Below are positions 58,452 to 64,000 of a stretch of DNA of 64,000 nt, one piece after another (position 1 is the stretch's first letter; every line of letters begins with the position of its first letter). The notes beneath the pieces are model-generated. The model was not told where the DNA came from, searched no databases, and saw nothing but the letters and a program-made list of their open reading frames with translations. The position numbers and the translations under genes are program-made. The stretch spans positions 96,001 through 160,000 of the forward strand of contig CAZVZU010000002.1 in assembly GCA_964631685.1 (NCBI GenBank), in the 5' to 3' direction. This stretch comes from an uncultured Actinomycetes bacterium. Lineage in GTDB: Bacteria > SZUA-79 > Acidulodesulfobacterales > Acidulodesulfobacteraceae.

Positions 58452-59801
58452 CTATTGCGTACGAGGCGTATTTTGCAACAATTCGATCGTTTCTTCTAGG
58501 GTCATAAGTTTTTCTTCCCTAGTTTTTATGTTTTTTATAGTCAATTTTTCTTCGTTTACCTCATTTTCACCTATTATAGCAACATACTCTATCATCTTTC
58601 TCGATGCATATCTAATTTCCTTAGAAATGTTAGAGAATACCGAAACGGACAACTCAACACTTATACCTTTCAAGCGCAACATCTTGGTAACCCGATAGGC
58701 ATACGCCCTTTCGCCACTACCTAGGCAAAAAACATATAATTTCACAAATGAAGGTGGCACATTGAGCGCATTATGGTCTCTTTGTTTTATGATATCTATT
58801 ATCCTTTCTACCCCGAATGATATCCCGCAAGCGCCTTCGGGACGCGCTCCGTACAATTCCACTAAATTATCATATCTTCCGCCAGCAGCAAAACTTCCGA
58901 TACCGACATCTTTTGATCTTATCTCAAAAATGGGACCCGTATAGTACCCTAATCCCCTAACCAAAAGCGGCTCATATTTCACAAAACTAAGTCCGGCAGA
59001 CTCGGCATTCTCAAGCACGTAAAGTAGCTCTTCAACCCCGCTTAGTGCCGCACTTCTAACTGATTCATCCTTTACGCCAACATTGAGCCGTTCCTTTAAA
59101 ACCGATAGCTTTTTTACATCATCTATTTCTTCATCTATCCTTATGAATCCCATGAACGCTTCATACTTGTCCTTTCCGATACCGTTTGCCCCAAACTCCT
59201 TTATAACCCCTGATTCTCCGATTTTTGCCATTTTATCTAATGCGCGCAGGGCTGCATCTTTTTTTTCATCCAATATTCCGCAAGCATTAATGACCCCATC
59301 TAGTATCTTTCTGTTGTTTATAAGGATTTCATAGTTACCCATAGACAATTTTGTAAGAATAAAGACCGCCATGCCCAATAATTCCAGCTCTACATTCATG
59401 GAGTAGGAGCCAATTATATCGGTATCTGCCTGATAAAATTCCCTATACCTTCCCATCTGTGTATTTTCATACCTATAAACCTTACCTATCATATATCTTT
59501 TAAAGGGTTTGTGCAGTTTTTCGGCATTGCTCGCATAATATCTGCCCAGCGGAGATGTAAATTCAAATCTGAGTCCCAATTTTCTTTTAGCTTTATCTTC
59601 AAACGTATATATCTCTTTTTCTATTTCTCCGCCGCATTTCCTTGAAAGAAGACCGAAGTATTCAAAAACAGGAGAATCAATCTCGACAAAACCATAAAGA
59701 ATAAAACACTTCCTTATAGTCTCTATAATCCTTCTTCTCAACATCATCTCTTCGGGCAAAAAATCCCTAGTTCCCTTTGGGGGCTGTACAAGTTTATCCA
59801 T
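58452..59801 (-). CDS. hisS: Histidyl-tRNA synthetase
   Basis: PKGTRD, RYE..Q.GRYREF.Q, RGL.YYTG, GGRYD.L, G..FG.ER, C-terminal anticodon domain. Confidence 0.93.
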   Translation of the reverse strand: MDKLVQPPKGTRDFLPEEMMLRRRIIETIRKCFILYGFVEIDSPVFEYFGLLSRKCGGEIEKEIYTFEDKAKRKLGLRFEFTSPLGRYYASNAEKLHKPFKRYMIGKVYRYENTQMGRYREFYQADTDIIGSYSMNVELELLGMAVFILTKLSMGNYEILINNRKILDGVINACGILDEKKDAALRALDKMAKIGESGVIKEFGANGIGKDKYEAFMGFIRIDEEIDDVKKLSVLKERLNVGVKDESVRSAALSGVEELLYVLENAESAGLSFVKYEPLLVRGLGYYTGPIFEIRSKDVGIGSFAAGGRYDNLVELYGARPEGACGISFGVERIIDIIKQRDHNALNVPPSFVKLYVFCLGSGERAYAYRVTKMLRLKGISVELSVSVFSNISKEIRYASRKMIEYVAIIGENEVNEEKLTIKNIKTREEKLMTLEETIELLQNTPRTQ

Positions 59802-59860
59802 GTTTTTAACTTTACCTATTATATTAGCCGCTTTGTAGCATATCGTAAACGGATGCGATT

Positions 59861-60190
59861 CTAAAGAACTATATAGGCAGAACCCTCCTTGGAAAGTTTT
59901 GCGACCTTTTCTACTCCGGCAGGAACAACCTTTACATAATCGGGAACATCCTCATCTTTAAGCCCAAACATATTCATCGCATTACGACAAACAAAGATAT
60001 TAACCTTATCTGTAAGAACCGCCCTTAACTGTTCCTTGAGCATAGAATGATGAAGCAGGGAAACAACAGCCGGGCCAAAAATTACTACGTTTATTTCTTC
60101 AGTTTCATCGATCGCACTGATATTTTTAATTACGTTCATTAAAAGACCTGGCATAATCGTCCCATTAGTAACCTGGATAGCATACTTCAT
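59861..60190 (-). CDS. DsrE/DsrF-like family protein
   Basis: VV.FGPAV, VCRNAM (single conserved Cys), VPAGV, .G.AYI; GGAGG RBS. Confidence 0.8.
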   Translation of the reverse strand: MKYAIQVTNGTIMPGLLMNVIKNISAIDETEEINVVIFGPAVVSLLHHSMLKEQLRAVLTDKVNIFVCRNAMNMFGLKDEDVPDYVKVVPAGVEKVAKLSKEGSAYIVL

Positions 60191-60229
60191 TAGAACACCT
60201 CCCTTTTTCTTATTTTTAACAATTACCCA

Positions 60230-61006
60230 CTAATCAGTGGAAAGTCTGACGACATTTAAAAAAACGGCCGGGTCTAAACTGGCACCACCAACCAATACGC
60301 CATCAATGTGAGGTTTGGTTATCAATTCTGTTATATTTGTTTCTGAAACACTTCCGCCGTATATTACCCTTAACTCGCTTATCTGATAATTTGAATGAAT
60401 ATAATTATGTATAAAGTTGTGCATTTTTTCCCCATCTTCCGATTTTGCGGCCACACCTGTACCTATTGCCCATATTGGTTCGTAGGCAATAATCAGAGAC
60501 GAAATTTTTCTGTCTTGTATCGGCCTTAAAGCTGAATTTAACTGGTTTCCGATAAATATTTCCTGATTGTTTTTATTTCTAACACTCAAGCTTTCACCAA
60601 CGCACAATATCGGCACTACGCAACCGTCGTCATAAATCGTATTTATCTTTTTAGCTATAAGTTCATCGCTTTCATTAAATATATTGCGTCTCTCAGAATG
60701 CCCCACTATTGCGTAAACACAGCCGCAATCCTTAATCATATCCAAGTTAATTTCACCCGTATAAGCACCGTTCTTTTTATGATAAAAGTTCTGCGATGCA
60801 AGTTTTATAAAATCATCTTGGGGCTTAATCCTTCCGTGAACATCGCGAAGTAACGTAAAAGAAGGAGCAAAAATTATCTCCGTATCGGTAAAAAAACTCT
60901 TACTTTTTAATATATCTATTTTTTCCATAAAGATATCGAAATAATATTCAACATCACTGCGTGTTTTATTCATTTTAAAATTTGCAGCAATTATCTTTTT
61001 TTTCAT
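60230..61006 (-). CDS. tpiA: Triosephosphate isomerase
   Basis: ANFKMN, GAYTGE, GHSERR, AYEPIWAIGTG, YGGSV, LVGGASL. Confidence 0.97.
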   Translation of the reverse strand: MKKKIIAANFKMNKTRSDVEYYFDIFMEKIDILKSKSFFTDTEIIFAPSFTLLRDVHGRIKPQDDFIKLASQNFYHKKNGAYTGEINLDMIKDCGCVYAIVGHSERRNIFNESDELIAKKINTIYDDGCVVPILCVGESLSVRNKNNQEIFIGNQLNSALRPIQDRKISSLIIAYEPIWAIGTGVAAKSEDGEKMHNFIHNYIHSNYQISELRVIYGGSVSETNITELITKPHIDGVLVGGASLDPAVFLNVVRLSTD

Positions 61007-61008
61007 AG

Positions 61009-63816
61009 CTATTCACCCTGATAATTTAAATGAATTAAAACATCGCGGCATCTACCGCACACATCATCATAATCATCACGCGTCCCCACGCTTACATCAT
61101 ATTTCCAGCAACGCGCGCACTTTTTGCCCTCAGCCTTTTCAACGATAACTTCGGTAACGCTCGTATCGCTTTTACCGTTTTGCTCTATCACAACCCCTGA
61201 AACTATAAAGAGGTCCCTCAAGTCTTCATTTTTAATCGACCTGACTAAGTCATAATTATCGCCGTTTACCTTCAAAATAACCTTTGCCTCAAGCGAACTT
61301 CCGATAAACTTTCTATCCCGAGCATTTTCAAGACTAACTAATGCGATATTCCTTATCTCAATTAATTTATCAAATTTTTCTGCAAGTTCAAAATCTATAT
61401 GAGATTCAAGCGGTTCTTCAAATTGTTCTAGAAAAATATTGTCAAGTTTTTCGGCTTTCATAAAATATCCCCATGTTTCAGACGCGCTAAATGGTATCAT
61501 CGGTGCTAAAAATTTAATGAAAATATTTAATGCAAGATGCAATACCGATTGGACGGCCCTTCTTCTGCTAGAATCTTTTGCATCCGTGTAAAGCACATCC
61601 TTGGCAATGTCAAGGTAGAAAGAGGAAAACTCTATCATAAACTTGTATATATTTTGATAAACCAAGTGAAAATCATAGTCAGAATACTGCTGTATAATAT
61701 TGCGGGATAATAGGGTTAATTTATGCACGGCATATCTGTCTAAATCCCTCATGTCTTCGTACTTAACGGTGTTAATCTTATCGTCGAAATCGTTTAGATT
61801 ACCGAACATAAATCTTAATGTATTTCTAATTTTCCTGTATCCCTCCGATAGTCTTTGAATTATCTCCCGAGATATCCTCATATCATTTTTATAATCTTCC
61901 GATGCCGCCCAAAGCCTTAATATATCAGCTCCGTACTTATTTATGATTTCATTAGGGCTTATGACATTACCCAAAGACTTTGACATCTTTTTACCCGAGC
62001 TATCTACAACAAAGCCATGGGTAAGGACGGTCTTATAGGGCGCACCGTCCCCTGTGCCGAGTCCAATCAAAAGGCTCGAGTGAAACCAGCCTCTGTGCTG
62101 ATCGGAACCCTCTAAATACAAATCGGCGGGAAAACCTGCATCCCTCGTGTCTTTATCTTGTTTTAATACGCAATAATAACTGACCCCACTATCAAACCAT
62201 ACGTCAAGTATGTCTTCTTCCTTTTCGAATTCTGTTGAACCACATTTTTTGCATTTAACCCCTTTCTTACTTAAATTGATAAAATAATCGGCGGGCTTTT
62301 CGAACCATATATCCGCCCCATATTTTTCAAACTCATCGGCTATCTTGAGGGTTAAATCATAATCCACAAACGCTTCATCGCATTTTTTACATTGAAATGC
62401 CGTTATGGGAACGCCCCATGACCTTTGCCTCGAAATACACCAATCAGGCCTTGATTCAAGCATGCCTGAGATTCTATCTATGCCCCATTTTGGGATCCAG
62501 TTAACAGATTTTAAAGCCTCAAGCGATTTATTTCTTAAATCGTTTTCGCCCATAGAGATAAACCATTGCTTGGTTGAGCGTAAGATTAAAGGTTTTTTGC
62601 ACCGCCAACAGTGTGGGTAAGAATGTTCTATAGTCTCTTCGAGTACTAATGCTCCTACTTCCCGTAACCTTCCTATCACATGAGGATTGGATTCAAATAC
62701 ACGCATACCGGCAAATATATCAACATCACTCAAGAACCTACCTCTGTCATCAACAGGGGCATATGCGGGGAGGTTATACTTAAGCCCAACAGCGTAATCA
62801 TCATCCCCATGTCCCGGAGCGGTATGCACAAGACCCGTTCCCGCATCTCTTTGAACATGTGTGCCTAATATTAGCAATGAATCTCTGTCTATAAACGGAT
62901 GTGAAGCTATTTTGTTCTCCAAATTTTTACCGTTTGTCTTGGCTACAACCTTATAATCATGGCACTCAAACCTCTCCATTATTTCGCCTGCAAGATTTTC
63001 TTCAAGAATGAGTATTTCTTCTCCATTATCTATAAAAGAGTACTCGAAATCAGGATTCAGAGAAATTGCAAGGTTTGCAGGGATAGTCCATGGCGTCGTC
63101 GTCCATATAACCGCAAAAATATCCTTTCCGCCGATATCTGCGATCTTGACTATATCCTCCAAATTTGACTTAATCTTGAATTTTACGTAGATGGATGGTG
63201 ATACCTTTTCTGCATACTCGACCTCAGCTTCAGCAAGGGCAGTCTTGCAAGACGAACACCAATATATCGGCTTATTTGCCCTATAAAGTCCACCGTTTTT
63301 CATAAAACCGGCTAATTTTCTAACGGTGTTTGCCTCATAAGCGTAGTTCATGGTAAGATAAGGGTCATCATAACGACCGATGCTTCCAAGTCTTTTAAAC
63401 TCTTGCCTTTGGGTATCTACAAACCTGCCGGCATACTCGCGGCAAAGTTTTCTCTTCTCGCTTTTTGAGACAGCATCTCTAGATTTTAAACTTTTATCAA
63501 CATTATGTTCTATAGGAAGCCCATGGCAATCCCATCCCGGAATGAAAGGGGTGTAATACCCCGACATCAGTTTAAACCTGACGATTATATCCTTTAAAAT
63601 TTTATTCAGGGCAGTTCCCAAATGAATATGTCCGTTAGCATACGGCGGACCGTCGTGAAGTATAAACGTTTTTGATCTTTTTCGCGCCTGCTTCATGATG
63701 CTTTCATAAAGCTTGTTTTCTTCCCACTCTTTAAGAAGTTTTTCTTCCGTAACCTTAAGATTTGCCTTCATCGGAAAATCAGTCTTAGGAAGGTTTAAAC
63801 TGTTTTTGTAATCCAT
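61009..63816 (-). CDS. ileS: Isoleucyl-tRNA synthetase, type 1 (start revised to ATG 63816)
   Basis: HDGPPYANG.IH.G, WCISRQR, EGSDQHRGWF, KMSKS, C-terminal C..C...C..C zinc motif. Confidence 0.97.
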   Translation of the reverse strand: MDYKNSLNLPKTDFPMKANLKVTEEKLLKEWEENKLYESIMKQARKRSKTFILHDGPPYANGHIHLGTALNKILKDIIVRFKLMSGYYTPFIPGWDCHGLPIEHNVDKSLKSRDAVSKSEKRKLCREYAGRFVDTQRQEFKRLGSIGRYDDPYLTMNYAYEANTVRKLAGFMKNGGLYRANKPIYWCSSCKTALAEAEVEYAEKVSPSIYVKFKIKSNLEDIVKIADIGGKDIFAVIWTTTPWTIPANLAISLNPDFEYSFIDNGEEILILEENLAGEIMERFECHDYKVVAKTNGKNLENKIASHPFIDRDSLLILGTHVQRDAGTGLVHTAPGHGDDDYAVGLKYNLPAYAPVDDRGRFLSDVDIFAGMRVFESNPHVIGRLREVGALVLEETIEHSYPHCWRCKKPLILRSTKQWFISMGENDLRNKSLEALKSVNWIPKWGIDRISGMLESRPDWCISRQRSWGVPITAFQCKKCDEAFVDYDLTLKIADEFEKYGADIWFEKPADYFINLSKKGVKCKKCGSTEFEKEEDILDVWFDSGVSYYCVLKQDKDTRDAGFPADLYLEGSDQHRGWFHSSLLIGLGTGDGAPYKTVLTHGFVVDSSGKKMSKSLGNVISPNEIINKYGADILRLWAASEDYKNDMRISREIIQRLSEGYRKIRNTLRFMFGNLNDFDDKINTVKYEDMRDLDRYAVHKLTLLSRNIIQQYSDYDFHLVYQNIYKFMIEFSSFYLDIAKDVLYTDAKDSSRRRAVQSVLHLALNIFIKFLAPMIPFSASETWGYFMKAEKLDNIFLEQFEEPLESHIDFELAEKFDKLIEIRNIALVSLENARDRKFIGSSLEAKVILKVNGDNYDLVRSIKNEDLRDLFIVSGVVIEQNGKSDTSVTEVIVEKAEGKKCARCWKYDVSVGTRDDYDDVCGRCRDVLIHLNYQGE

Positions 63817-64000
63817 ATAATTCCCGTTTCTTGTTCCCCGTCTATCCAACGAGGACGCATCAGTTAAATTTTATTGACGTTTTATTTACGCAGTTTGTTA
63901 AATCCCCATCATCTATCCAATTATTTATATTTTTAGCACAAATGCGGGCAATGTCGGTAATAGATTTATGCGTTGCCCCGCCGATATGCGGTGTTGCAAT

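Noticed and set aside
63820..64000. T-box leader for ileS (and for valS/hisS)
   Set aside because: No GGTGGnACC T-box sequence seen; valS has essentially no leader
1..64000. CRISPR arrays, rRNA, prophage, intact transposases, defence systems
   Set aside because: No regularly spaced repeats or recognisable genes of these classes; nearly all the sequence is accounted for by housekeeping genes

Overview
AT-rich bacterial chromosomal window made almost entirely of core genes. It contains the 5' end of tuf with its tRNA Thr-Tyr-Gly-Thr leader and a tRNA-His. Carbon metabolism genes include tal, tkt, zwf, gnd, rpiB, xfp, ackA, tpiA and a two-subunit pyruvate-carboxylase-type pair. A long minus-strand run covers rpmF-plsX-fab-acpP-rpiB-glyA-nrdR-rib-nusB. 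Also present are dnaX-ybaB-recR, ffh-rpsP-rimM-trmD-rplS, a split glutamine-dependent NAD synthetase and four aminoacyl-tRNA synthetases. Gene order suggests a deltaproteobacteria-like anaerobe; this is inference only. Best finding: an 86-aa TusA/SirA-family gene at 20920-21180 (-), missed by the ORF track. It has an in-frame TGA at the catalytic Cys position (LDIRGL-C-U-GPP) followed by a SECIS-like hairpin, so it is probably a selenocysteine sulfur/selenium carrier with a vicinal Cys-Sec pair. Second finding: a MetV gene plus a MetF-like gene that has lost the canonical folate-site residues, directly upstream of iorAB. Other points of interest are a cyclase-family hydrolase where pgl is expected, archaeal-genre ValRS and HisRS, back-to-back near-leaderless valS/dnaX promoters, and a 54-bp perfect palindrome beside a lipoprotein gene separating xfp from ackA. 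No CRISPR array, rRNA, prophage or intact transposase was seen. All calls are by eye from motifs; no searches were run.
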